From: Laetmonice hystrix
Taxonomy: Eukaryota
DNA length: 64,000 nt
Reading direction: 5' to 3'
Assembly: GCA_965235115.1 (NCBI GenBank)
Contig: OZ249436.1
Location: 4,156,001 to 4,220,000, forward strand
In this document: piece by piece, positions 23,563 to 36,427 of the stretch
Numbering within the stretch: the stretch's first letter is position 1
How the letters are laid out: every line of letters starts with the position of its first letter
Position numbers and translations under genes: made by a program
The notes under the pieces: model-generated
What the model saw: the letters and a program-made list of their open reading frames with translations, nothing else
The model's database searches: none
Told to the model about the DNA's origin: nothing

Positions 23563-26500
23563 GAGTCACTGTAACGGTCACTATGGGACGTATCGTATCT
23601 ATGGTAAACCTATGGGACGTATCGTATCTATGGTGAAACTATGAGACGTATCGTATCTATGGTGAGACTATGGGACGTAACGTATCTGTGGTAAAACTAT
23701 GGGACGTATCGTATCTATGGTAAAACTATGGGACGTATCGTGTCAATGGTAAAACTAGGAGATCAGCATTCATAAGCTGTCTCCGGACGACTCTGAGCTC
23801 GTGTTGTCGTTACGAACGGACCTTACAACCTAGGAGTCACTGTAACGGTCACTATGGGACGTATCGTATCTATGGTAAACCTATGGGACGTATCGTATCT
23901 ATGGTAAAACTATAGGACGTATCGTATCAATGGTGAGACTATGGGACGTAACGTATCTGTGGTAAAACTATGGGACGTATCGTGTCAATGGTAAAACTAT
24001 GGGACGTAACGTATCTGTGGTAAAACTATGGGACGTATCGTGTCAATGGTAAAACTATGAGACGTATCATATCTATGATAAAACGGCACCATGAATACAA
24101 GCGTGTCTGAACACTATTAATTATGGAAGGCCCTGATGTATACATGTATATTGTCCTTACAAAATCACACCTTCTACCTGCAGCCAGTTATACTGCATGT
24201 ACGGAAATCTGCGTATACCGACAGTGGTGTGCTAAGTAAAGTTCTATAATTGTTAAAAGTTCGTTCACAGTTGCCTTTAACTTCCTGCTTCAGTATTGAT
24301 ATTCAGGGCTTAGGAGAGCCGCCCCCCGGGCTTAAATTAGTAGAGTTTCCCCTGCCCATTTGCTTATTTTTTCAAAATGAGGGCACCATTACAACCCCCC
24401 CCCCCCAAAAAAAAAGGGCTTCAAGTTGCCTGCTCCTTCAAAAGGTGATATTTTCCGGGAACCCTCATACTGTTGTATAATATATTATTATATTCCTTTG
24501 TGTGTGAGAGAACGCAATCATGCCGGCTGATCATGTAGGTGCTGAAGAATGTCAAGTTTGACCAAAATTTGAATAAACAGGCTTAGTGAATATGAAACGT
24601 CCTCGGCATTCGGCGGCTTGTTGAGTTCTCCGTGTCCGCCAATCTCGGTCACCTGACTCTCTCGGGCCGCTGAGGATCTGGATGATCGAGACTGCGTGTC
24701 CGCATGACCTCTAAAGGTCAAATATGATTCCCACGGTTTCGGTGCACTGCGTGAATGTGAACACGACTAGACACAGATATACCGGTGGGGTTTCATTTAC
24801 ACCATACACTTGATCAGCAATTGACTTTTGTAAATATTTTTATTTCATCCGTACTTGACCTTTGACCTTCGCAATATGACATCACATAATAGAATTGTTA
24901 AACTTTGTTATATGTTTTGTTCCTGACTCCCACATGCCTTTTCATCGGCTTTTAGCTATCGTACCTTCCTACATCTTTGTAATACCTTCCTACATCCTTG
25001 TAATAAGATGTGGAAAGGAAACGCACTTAATTAGGCCGATTTCGATTATAAAACCGGGCCAAGGGGACTCAACACTAATGAACGGGGATACGTTATGCTC
25101 AACTGAGCAATCCAATGAAACTTTTCTTTTGGCCGGTTAAAGGACCATGCTAAAATACACGTTTTTGAGGATTTCCGGCAATTATCCAACATGACCGTGT
25201 ACTAGGGACCCAAGTAAATAATCCTACCACTTTTTGTCCTACGTGTTTTCGCTGTGTATGCAGCACAAGTAGGTTCTATACGACCAAACCTATAGATTTC
25301 TCTCGATAGCACATCTCCCGCCATAATTTGCTATAGACAACCTCCCATCAACCCGTGTAATCGCATACTGCGTCACATCCTGCTGTGCACTCTCTGCAGG
25401 TGCTTGGTCACGTGCTTCACTTAGTTGTAAACAATTCAGCAGTTGCACTCGGCATCGTTCGGTATCAAAATGCCACCCAAAAATATTTTACGGAATCGGC
25501 AGAGAACCGGGCAAGGAAAGAAAGATACAGAAGTTGAAAAAGATAGCAAGTCAATCTCGGAAACCAAGGCAAGGGGGTCGTGTCGAGAGAGTAGTGCGCT
25601 AGCGTCTGGCCAAGGCTGTGCGGCCGGCGGGGGAGGGGGGGGGGGGTGACACGCTCGATTCGTTCCCGAGCCGCCATTGTTTCCCGACTCCTTCTGCCAC
25701 GATCAAGTTTCAGATAATTTCCTGACTGATAGCACTAAACGCTTCAAAACAAACCGCCTGAGCATGCGTGAGGGTTCTGCGTGTCACGTGTGTCAACAAA
25801 ATCCACGTGCAAACCGTGGGCGGAAGATGGCCAGCAAGGGGATTCCAAAAACTTTCTCACGCAAAATGGAACTAATAAGTCTGTCTGTGTTTATCAAGCA
25901 ATTTTTATGAAGGATCTCTTCATGAAAACAGCAAAAGTTCTTTGAAATACCGATTTTTCATGTTTCCTGATAATATGCACCTTTAAGATTTCTAACGAAT
26001 CAAGAGTAGGTCGGCCAAAACTTAACTAGGGGGCCTACAATATGTATGACGTAGGAAAATAATCTCGTTTTAATATGAAGAATATTCACGAAATGTTCAT
26101 TTTTATGTTGACGCAAAACGTTGAAAATGCTTCAGTTACACAATGAATGCAATCAATGTGATTTTATTATATTTTAGTGGCTCCCAAGCGTTTTCTGTCT
26201 TTCTAATTATATTATTATTAACTAGCCCGAGGCATAGGAACATAGTACATCGTTTTCCATATTCCGCTAAGAAATCATAATTATGTCCATAATAATGTCA
26301 ACTAAAACCTCGACTGGGCAAGCTGGACAAACTATACGTCACCTGGGATGTAAACCCAGTAAACCGGGTAGAAGAGCTACATCATTCAAGTCTAACAGCA
26401 GTGCTCACAAATCTCTGTTTAGAGTTCAGGGATTTTACAAATCATTGTAAAATCAATAAAATGACAAAAAAACAATTATGATTATATAATCTTTATTTCG

Positions 26501-26789
26501 TTTTGATCAAGTTTCTTATCAATAGCTAACACACACACACTAGTGCACACCCTCACATCAAGTTCTATTCCATGATACGCTGATGTTTTGCAGGTCAACT
26601 ACTATAGGTATATCAGATACCTTCAAACGGGTGGCACCAGTAGCCGCCAACAACAATCTATATTGTAATCAAGTTTAAAATATTAAATTGTGCAGTTAAT
26701 ATAACACTTCTATCAATAATTAGAAGTTAGAAAGAATCTGATCCCTATCACTGTGGACTCGGACCGTCCAATATATAGTTCTTCATGAT

Positions 26790-29741
26790 TCAATGATTTA
26801 GACACTTCATGTCTAGCCCCAACAGATACCGTACTTCTAGAGTTCTTCATCAATGATTCACATACACGTCATGTCTAGCCCCAACAGATACCGTACTTCT
26901 AGAGTTCTTTATCAATGATTCACATACACGTCATGTCTAGCCCCAACAGATACCGTACTTCTAGAGTTCTTCATCAATGATTCACATACACGTCATGTCT
27001 AGCCCCAACAGATACCGTACTTCTAGAGTTCTTCATCAATGATTCACATACACGTCATGTCTAGCCCCAACAGATACCGTACTTCTAGAGTTCTTCATCA
27101 ATGATTCACATACACGTCATGTCTAGCCCCAACAGATACCGTACTTCTAGAGTTCTTCATCAATGATTCACATACACGTCATGTCTAGCCCCAACAGATA
27201 CCGTACTTCTAGAGTTCTTCATCAATGATTCACACACACGTCATGTCTAGCCCCAACAGATACCGTACTTCTAGTGTTCTTCATCAATGATTTACAGACA
27301 CTTCATGTCTAGCTCAAACAGATACCGGACTTCTAGTGTCCTTCATCAATGATTCACACATACTCCAGGTCTAGCCCCAACAGATACCGTACTTCTAGAG
27401 TTCTTCATCAATGATTCACACATACTTCATGTCTAGCCCCAACAGATACCGTACTTCTAGAGTTCTTCATCAATGATTCACAGACACGTCATGTCTAGCT
27501 AAAACAGATACCGTACTTCTAGAGTTCTTCATCAATGATTTACACATACTCCATGTCTAGCCCCAACAGATACCGTACTTCTAGAGTTCTTCATCAATGA
27601 TTCACACACACACTTCATGTCTAGCCCCAACAGATACCGTACTTCTAGTGTCCTTCATCAATGATTCACACATACTTCATGTCTAGCCCCAACAGATACC
27701 GTACTTCTAGAGTTCTTCATCAATGATTCACAGACACGTCATGTCTAGCCCCAACAGATACCATACTTCTAGAGTTCTTCATCAATGATTCACACATACT
27801 TCTTGTCTAGCCCCAACAGACACCGCACTTCTAGAGTTCTTCATCAATGATTCACACATACTTCATGTCTAGCCCCAACAGATACCGTACTTCTAGAGTT
27901 CTTCATCAATGATTCACACACACTTCATGTCTAGCCCCAACAGATACCGTACTTCTAGAGTTCTTCATCAATGATTCACAGACACGTCATGTCTAGCTCA
28001 AACAGATGCCGTACTTCTAGAGTTCTTCATCAATGATTCACACACACGTCATGTCTAGCCCCAACAGATACCGTACTTCTAGAGTTCTTCATCAATGATT
28101 CACATACACGTCATGTCTAGCCCCAACAGATACCGTACTTCTAGAGTTCTTTATCAATGATTCACATACACGTCATGTCTAGCCCCAACAGATACCGTAC
28201 TTCTAGAGTTCTTTATCAATGATTCACATACACGTCATGTCTAGCCCCAACAGATACCGTACTTCTAGAGTTCTTTATCAATGATTCACATACACGTCAT
28301 GTCTAGCCCCAACAGATACCGTACTTCTAGAGTTCTTCATCAATGATTCACACATACTTCATGTCTAGCCCCAACAGATACCGTACTTCTAGAGTTCTTC
28401 ATCAATGATTCACAGACACGTCATGTCTAGCTAAAACAGATACCGTACTTCTAGAGTTCTTCATCAATGATTTACACATACTCCATGTCTAGCCCCAACA
28501 GATACCGTACTTCTAGAGTTCTTCATCAATGATTCACACACACACTTCATGTCTAGCCCCAACAGATACCGTACTTCTAGTGTCCTTCATCAATGATTCA
28601 CACATACTTTATGTCTAGCCCCAACAGATACCGTACTTCTAGAGTTCTTCATCAATGATTCACAGACACGTCATGTCTAGCCCCAACAGATACCATACTT
28701 CTAGAGTTCTTCATCAATGATTCACACATACTTCTTGTCTAGCCCCAACAGATACCGCACTTCTAGAGTTCTTCATCAATGATTCACACATACTTCATGT
28801 CTAGCCCCAACAGATACCGTACTTCTAGAGTTCTTCATCAATGATTCACACACACTTCATGTCTAGCCCCAACAGATACCGTACTTCTAGAGTTCTTCAT
28901 CAATGATTCACAGACACGTCATGTCTAGCTAAAACAGATACCGTACTTCTAGAGTTCTTCATCAATGATTCACACATACTTCATGTCTAGCCCCAACAGA
29001 CACCATACTTCTACAGTTCTTCATCAATGATTCACACACTTCATGTCTAGCTCAAACAGATGCCGTACTTCTAGAGTTCTTCATCGATGATTCACACACA
29101 CGTCATGTCTAGCCCCAACAGATACCGTACTTCTAGAGTTCTTCATCAATGATTCACATACACGTCATGTCTAGCCCCAACAGATACCGTACTTCTAGAG
29201 TTCTTTATCAATGATTCACATACACGTCATGTCTAGCCCCAACAGATACCGTACTTCTAGAGTTCTTTATCAATGATTCACATACACGTCATGTCTAGCC
29301 CCAACAGATACCGTACTTCTAGAGTTCTTTATCAATGATTCACATACACGTCATGTCTAGCCCCAACAGATACCGTACTTCTACAGTTCTTCATCAATGA
29401 TTCACACACTTCATGTCTAGCCCCAACAGATACCGTACTTCTAGAGTTCTTCATCAATGATTCACACACACGTCATGTCTAGCTAAAACAGATACCGTAC
29501 TTCTAGTGTCCTTCATCAATGATTCACACATACTCCAGGTCTAGCCCCAACAGATACCGTACTTCTAGAGTTCTTCATCAATGATTCACAGACACGTCAT
29601 GTCTAGCTAAAACAGATACCATACTTCTAGAGTTCTTCTTCAATGATTCACACACACTCCATGTCTAGCCCCAACAGATACCGTACTTCTAGTGTCCTTC
29701 ATCAATGATTCACACACTTTATGTCTAGCTCAAACAGATAC
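26790..29741. repeat. 62-bp satellite, ~47 copies
   Basis: Unit CATGTCTAGCCCCAACAGATACCGTACTTCTAGAGTTCTTCATCAATGATTCACATACACGT. Confidence 0.98.
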
Positions 29742-31161
29742 TATACATGTACTTTTTGAAGTTACAGTGTTAGTGTCCGTTTACTATCTAGATTTACCTA
29801 ACAAGTTTAAAACCTAACAGGTATTAACATTAGTTTAGGATCGTTAGTATCGTTATTGTCCTCCAGGCTTTTAAAACCTCCTTATCTAAATTTCCATTGC
29901 AAAATATTCTAACAGAATGATGTATATCGAACATAGTTGAATTTCCTTAAAAATTTAGATAAGCTGTAAAAGTTAAAGTTAAAGTGTAATTATTGATCTG
30001 AATAATCACATCCACATGTACATACCTTAGAAAATGAAAGTTTAAAACTGTTTCGTTCTCTTCCAAAAGAGTTGTTCTTTTTCATGCTTCGATCTCCCGA
30101 GTACTTTAATCTCTGTAACTGGCTTCACTCCAGACTGGAACATCGTAACTTGTCATAGGAATAGGAATAGGAATAGGAAATCATCTACAGCCAATTATAG
30201 GCACGCAGACCAATTATGAATTTAGTGTAATATTAATTAATCAGTTGTACAGGGTTAGTGACAATCCACATCTATGTAAAAAGGTTAAAACATTTCACAT
30301 CTATAGGTTTTAATTTACTACACACCGTTGAAGATATTGTGCCTAGGAAAGGCAGCTGACTTTTCGTAATTATAGACCACATTCGTTTCAACCCAGTAAC
30401 CCCCGGCTGATCTTGCTGCGTCGATCAGGCCAGTGCTACCCCCGGGCGCGAGGTTGAGGTAACAGTCGCTCGCCCCTTACGCTTGTCTTTAGTGACAGCA
30501 AGCAGGGGTGTGCCTGCACATCCCTGCTTGGCAGGCACAAGGTAGGCCTTCCTGTCTCGGGACACATTTTTCTTGGAATAACCCCAAGAAATTCTTAGAA
30601 TGATTGTACTGTATACTACATGCACATCATGTGTAGGCCTATTCCCTAACATCATTCCTATATACTTAAACGCATCGTCCAGGGGCAAAACATTTTTCGT
30701 CACCATTATGCAGTATTTATACCTCATACTGCAGATTTAACTGTTAAGAAAGCAAGCACGGAGCCAGAATTTTTAAAGGGGGGGGGGGCAAACATTTTAA
30801 AAATAGGTATTTATTAAAACTACTCTCGAAATTATTACTTGAAATAACATCAACGTTATTTAAACCAAACATAATTTGTTCAAACAGCCAAATAATGTAA
30901 CACGGTCACAGTATAATGCCGCTATGCTCGGTGAACTGAAGGGGTGGGGGGCACGTGTCACCCCCATGCAGCTCCGTGCCTGTGCAGTATGTTGAATCGG
31001 GGAGCCACGTCTCGACGTCTTTATGCATATATAAGCTGATATGTTTTTTTTCTTAATTAAAATGTTGACGTCTCATAAGGAATATGACATTATAAACGGT
31101 ATCCAAAAATATGCTGAATAGGCTTGCCTATAATTAATATTGTCGAGATGATCCTTGAACT

Positions 31162-32676
31162 CTATGTTTGAATGCATGCAGTTTCCTCGAAATGCTCCCG
31201 GAGATCGTCGTCGAGTTCAGTAATGAGAGTTGCATCCACTTGTCCCGCTATGTTGTATCGCTCAATGGGATCCGTCGAATGGTTATACAGCTCGCGGAAC
31301 TTGCTCTTGGTCCAGTCTGGTTGCTGTGAATTTTTCGGCCCAAAGTACCAGTGAGTATAGCGAAGGGGGCCCTTCTGAATGGTCAGGCCGTATACGTCCC
31401 TTTGACGTTTACGTCGTAGTGTCGTCGTGTACGCCTTCCCTTCCTGTGCCGGCCTTTCTCCCTTAATGAGGCTCATTAGACTTTTACCCTCCGTACAATA
31501 GGGTTGGATTTGATTACATTGGCATTTCTCTAACATGTCCTGCCCCAGCGCGGCTTCAACCACAGTCGGGAATATATCCACAACTTCCACGACCTCTTTG
31601 ACCCTGGCTTCATTTGTATACCCCGGTACAGATATGAAAAAAACAATTTTGGATGCCAGTCGAAAGATCATATCCTTACCCCAGATAGCGTTCTCACCGA
31701 GATGGTATCCATGATCGCTGACAAGGACCACGACAGTACAGTTGGTCAATCGTAAGGCATCGAGCTCGGCCAGGACCCTTCCAAGCTCCTCGTCCACGTG
31801 CGTCACGGCGGCATAATACGATTTCTTTAGATTTGATATTGTAACAAGGCTTAGACTTTCGTTGAAGTCAATGTCATATTCACCGTTTTCACCATACGTT
31901 GATATTTCGTTCATGGATGGCCAACCTATGTTATTATTAGGCCTAGGGTCATAAACATATCGGGGTTCCGGATCAGAGATAGCGACATTTTCATATTTAT
32001 CCAGATGACTTTGCAGATGAACGAATGGTAAGTGGGGCTTTCTGAACCCTACCGCCAGCAAGAAGCTGCAGCTCTGCCCGTTATTCAATTCTCTCAAAGC
32101 ATCAATCGCTTTGTTTGCTATATCCGTGTCCGGAAGAGGCGTGGAATCAAGTGTATCGTTGTCATCTGCAACAGTCGTGGCCGGACCTGTCCCTTTCCAT
32201 ACTCTCTGACTCCTTCTACTTGCATCGCTTGTGCTGTCCCAAGTCTCCTCGTACATGGAGTCGTCGTGAAATACCTTTCCAATCGCCTTAGCTGTGCAAT
32301 TTTGGTTCCGAAAGAACTCTGCCATGTTCTTAATGTTCTCATTCTCAGGTCTATTTGTGCAGGCGGTTCTATAGTTATCGTTGTTCTTTCACACACACGT
32401 CCCGAGTTGAGATCGGCTGGTCAGCATGGCCGTACGACTGGGACCACACAGACCTCTCGGTGCATAGGCAGCAGTGAATTCTATGCTATGTGCCTTTAAT
32501 TTGTCTATATTCTCAGTTTTCATCTCTGAATCCAAACGCAAGTCATCTACCATGATGAAGAGCACATTCTTCTTGCCGCAGTTCTCACTGCAGACACCAG
32601 AAACATGCTGAGGGATGACTGTCAAGATACATACAATTACTGATAGTAAGAGCGTACAAAGATACGCGCCAGCCAT
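31162..32676 (-). pseudogene. Intronless secreted formylglycine-dependent sulfatase (iduronate-2-sulfatase-like), 504 codons with one in-frame TGA at codon 96
   Basis: ORFs 32389-32676 and 31162-32325 share a frame (offset 351 nt); the only stop between them is TGA at 32389-32391. Hydrophobic signal peptide; motifs NVLFIMVDDLR, CGPSRTAMLT, GKVFH, GFRKPHLPF, SDHGYHLGE..WGK, ELYN...DP.E..N. Confidence 0.85.
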
Positions 32677-32767
32677 GTCTGCCAGCTTATCCCAAACTGA
32701 GCGTTCTGGTAGGATGGAGCCGGGAGGTGATCACGTGGTCTGTACAACACTCATTCCCTCATGTTAA

Positions 32768-33669
32768 AGGCAGGGTAAACACCCAAGGCAAATAAGGTTT
32801 CGTAGACCAAATGAAACACCAGCATTTAACTGAGGGCAATAAATGCCACAATTACGTTGTCAGAATGAAGTAATTAACGTGTAACCGCCCAATGTATGAC
32901 GCCGCTGGTTCTTACCTTGACCTTCTTGTGTGTTCATCAGAGCCGAATGCTGCACACCGCGGCGTATTGCGTAACATTACGTGTAAAGCGGTGTTTCCAT
33001 TAACGCGGCTGCGGCCCGGCTGCGGTCCGGGCACGGGTACGGCTGATATCGCACGTCGTTGTTTTTAATGTAAGTGTTTCCATTAATGCGATCTTCGTAC
33101 GGCGCCCGTCCGGGCGTCGCATGCGGCTCTTCCCGATCGCGTCTTGGAGCGATTCGAGCACAGCCGCAGATGAGCCGCATGAGGGATCCCCTTGATCCTA
33201 GGTGGTCACGTGCATGTTCTTCACTCAAAAAATGGATGGCACCATGCCTCACGTGGTCAGCAAGGAAGATATCGAAAAACTTATCGAAAAACTTATCGAT
33301 TCGGCAGGTGTATGGCCTATGACCTTATACCAACAACATTGAGACGCAGCCGGGACGCACCTTTAAAAACAACGACGTGTCTTATCAGCCGTACCCGTGC
33401 CCGGACCGCAGCCGGGCCGCAGCCGCGTTAATGAAAACACCGCTTCACTCTGCTCACAGACCTTGTCTACACGATGTTTGGAGTCCCAACGTTTGTAAAC
33501 GTCCGAGGTGTTGAACACACGAGCAGAACCAGTTGCGTCATAAATCAGGCAGTTACACTTTAATTACTTCAATCAGACAATGTAATTGTGGCATTTATTG
33601 CCCTGAGGTAAATGCTGGTGTTTCATTTGGTCTACGAAACCTTATTTGCCGTGGGTGTTTACCCTGCCT
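32768..33669. mobile_element. Kolobok-like MITE with a TTAA target duplication, carrying a nested element
   Basis: TTAA|AGGCAGGGTAAACACCC ... GGGTGTTTACCCTGCCT|TTAA; inverted arms >120 bp; AG...CT termini with TTAA fit Kolobok rather than piggyBac. Confidence 0.8.
32987..33444. mobile_element. Nested MITE, possibly PIF/Harbinger-like
   Basis: ~80-bp arms AGCGGTGTTTCCATTAACGCGGCTGCGGCCCGG... and ...CCGCGTTAATGAAAACACCGCT; flanks TAA and TCA (imperfect 3-bp duplication). Confidence 0.75.
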
Positions 33670-33833
33670 TTAAAGGGATCGTCTCACCCGCTGGATAGGC
33701 CGGAATCTTCAGATATATGTTCACCTCCTCACCACTGACGCACTTTATGGCACTGAATGTTTTTCATATTGATTCTGTTACCATCTCCTCTGAGTAGATA
33801 GCTGTGAAATGCACGCTAACATATGATGAATGC

Positions 33834-34300
33834 ACTGTCTGTCCCACTGGCCCGTAACCTCTCGACACTGTCTGTCCCACTGGCCCGTAACCTCTCGAAA
33901 CTGTCTGTCCCACTGGCCCGTAACCTCTCGACACTGTATGTCCCACTGGCCCGTAACCTCTCGAAACTGTCTGTCCCACTGGCCCGTAACCTCCCAAAAC
34001 TGTCTGTCCCACTGGCCCGTAACCTCTCGAAACTGTCTGTCCCACTGGCCCGTAACCTCTCGAAACTGTCTGCCCCACTGGCCCGTAACCTCCCAAAACT
34101 GTCTGTCCCACTGGCCCGTAACCTCCCGAAACTGTCTGTCCCACTGGCCCGTAACCTCCCAAAACTGTCTGTCCCACTGGCCCGTAACCTCCCGAAACTG
34201 TCTGTCTCACTGGCCCGTAACCTCCCAAAACTGTCTGTCTCACTGGCCCGCATAACCTCCCAAAACTGTCTGTCCCACTGACCTGTAACCTCCCAAAACT
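33834..34300. repeat. 33-bp tandem repeat, ~14 copies
   Basis: Unit ACTGTCTGTCCCACTGGCCCGTAACCTCTCGAA. Confidence 0.96.
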
Positions 34301-34547
34301 ACTCACAGGCCGGTCACCTCGCTAAACTTTCTGCTGGCCCACTATATAGGACATCATCCGCTGGTCCGCCCCCCCCCCCCCCCACCGCCACCACCACCAA
34401 CAACAACAACTGTTAGGACATCATCCGGAACAAAGACAAACTCGGAAGCTGGCAGATGCCTCGGACATTGAGAGCGCCATTTTTGCGGACAAAATACTTC
34501 CTGATTTTCAATGATGTCGAGCTCTTGGCAGCAGTGAACAGTACTAC

Positions 34548-35427
34548 CTCCAGTCGCACCGACTGGAAACAGTGCGATATGTCGGGCTCGTTTCTATATC
34601 TCCAGTTCCACCGACTGCAGAAACAGTGCGATATGTCGGGCTCGTTTCTATATCTCCAGTCGCACCGACTGGAAACAGTGCGATATGTCGGGCGATCGTT
34701 TCTATATCTCCAGTTGCACCGACTGGAAACAGTGCGATATGTCGGGCTCGTTTCTATATCTCCAGTCGCACCGACTGAAAACAGTGCGATATGTCGGGCT
34801 CGTTTCTATATCTCCAGTCGCACCGACTGAAAACAGTGCGATATGTCGGGCTCGTTTCTATATCTCCAGTGGCACCGACTGAAAACAGTGCGATATGTCG
34901 GGCTCGTTTCTATATCTCCAGTGGCACCGACTGAAAACAGTGCGATATGTCGGGCTCGTTTCTATATCTCCAGTCGCACCGACTGGAAACAGTGCGATAT
35001 GTCTCGCTCGTTTCTATATCTCCAGTCGCACCGACTGAAAACAGTGCGATATGTCGGGCTCGTTTCTATATCTCCAGTGGCACCGACTGAAAACAGTGCG
35101 ATATGTCGGGCTCGTTTCTATATCTCCAGTCGCACCGACTGGAAACAGTGCGATATGTCTCGCTCGTTTCTATATCTCCAGTCGCACCGACTGAAAACAG
35201 TGCGATATGTCTCGCTCGTTTCTATATCTCCAGTCGCACCGACTGAAAACAGTGCGATATGTCGGGCTCGTTTCTATATCTCCAGTGGCACCGACTGAAA
35301 ACAGTGCGATATGTCGGGCTCGTTTCTATATCTCCAGTCGCACCGACTGGAAACAGTGCGATATGTCTCGCTCGTTTCTATATCTCCAGTCGCACCAACT
35401 GAAAACAGTGCGATATGTCTCGCTCGT
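34548..35427. repeat. 52-bp tandem repeat with an internal hairpin, ~17 copies
   Basis: Unit CTCCAGTCGCACCGACTGRAAACAGTGCGATATGTCGGGCTCGTTTCTATAT; stem-loop TCCAGTCG-CAC-CGACTGGA. Confidence 0.96.
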
Positions 35428-36427
35428 TGCTATGCCTAATTCAACAATCGGGCCTCCTGTGGCTCTCCACTTGAACAATCCTTAATAATCCTTGAACAAT
35501 CCTTAACGACCATTAATTGACCCAGGTGACGATTTCCAACACCAAATGAAATCACATTTATGGTAATTTATTTTAGACGAATCTGGCTGGTTCTAATAAT
35601 TTATTATCTTTGACGTTTAATTCACGACTCACTTAAAATAAGGTACATGTAGTTAGTCACGACTTTAAGAAGAAGAAGGCGAAGAAGAAGAATGGCCATT
35701 CACATCCAGATCATTTCCGTCGCCCCCCCCCCCCAAGAGATGATCCCTCCAACAATATTTCTACTTTTGACGCGCGCACGCGCACCAGAATATATGAGTA
35801 GGGCAACGACGCTCTCCGGACAGAGATCGTTCACTTCATTCAATTTCTGCCACAGGCTGGGTACTGCCGTTCGATTGACCCCTGACCTGACCTAGAAATC
35901 CCCGACCGGGACAGCCGAACATTGCCGAGGTCGAATCGTGGCTGCTCGATTTTGCTGAGACACTCTTGTTGTTTACTTTTACGGCGCAGACTGTCAGAAT
36001 ATGATGCCACACAAACATCTAAATCTTCGGAGAAATCAACTACAGCTAGCCGTTATGTTGAACGGAAGTACCTATAGTCGAAAACACCCGAAGTATTTCG
36101 AATCATCACGCAATTGGCCAACCGACTTAATTGCGACTATAGCTGATTTCCCTCCGCAAATGTAGTTCCTAATATTTCATCAGATATTTCTCTTGTAAGG
36201 TGAATGTCACTTGTTATAATCTCGGTTTGGGGATTTAGAGGTACGTTCAATTTTATAGATACCATAAAGGGCGGCCGACTTTGCAAAAACAGGGCTAAAC
36301 GCGTAGGGGTCCGATTTTGCCCGTAAAAAGTGAGGTGTGGCAGAGGGGTAGTGGAGCGAGCCCCTCTGCATTATGGGGGATTGGGGTAACGACAGCGCGG
36401 AAGAGCGTACACGTTACGAGAACTTAC

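Noticed and set aside
25137..25986. Possible TTAA-flanked Kolobok-like element
   Set aside because: Ends TTAAAGGACCAT and ATGCACCTTTAA match too briefly to define one element
24518..26660. Possible small minus-strand gene (exon-like pieces at ~26621-26657 and ~24518-24711)
   Set aside because: Splice-like signals exist, but no start exon, no preferred frame and no recognisable product
31010..31076. SECIS-like element downstream of the sulfatase (minus strand ATGAGACGTC...GACGTCGA)
   Set aside because: Helix only 5-6 bp and spacing too long for a canonical SECIS; kept only as a check
32325..32400. Frameshift or intron between the two sulfatase ORFs
   Set aside because: Both ORFs share a frame and the gap translates openly after one TGA
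33764..34306. GYGPVGQTV repeat ORF resembling a structural protein
   Set aside because: 33-bp unit open in several frames on both strands; no signal peptide or splice support
34548..35427. CRISPR-like array of palindromic repeats
   Set aside because: No unique spacers, no cas genes, eukaryotic context; the same applies to the 26-, 45-, 59- and 62-bp arrays
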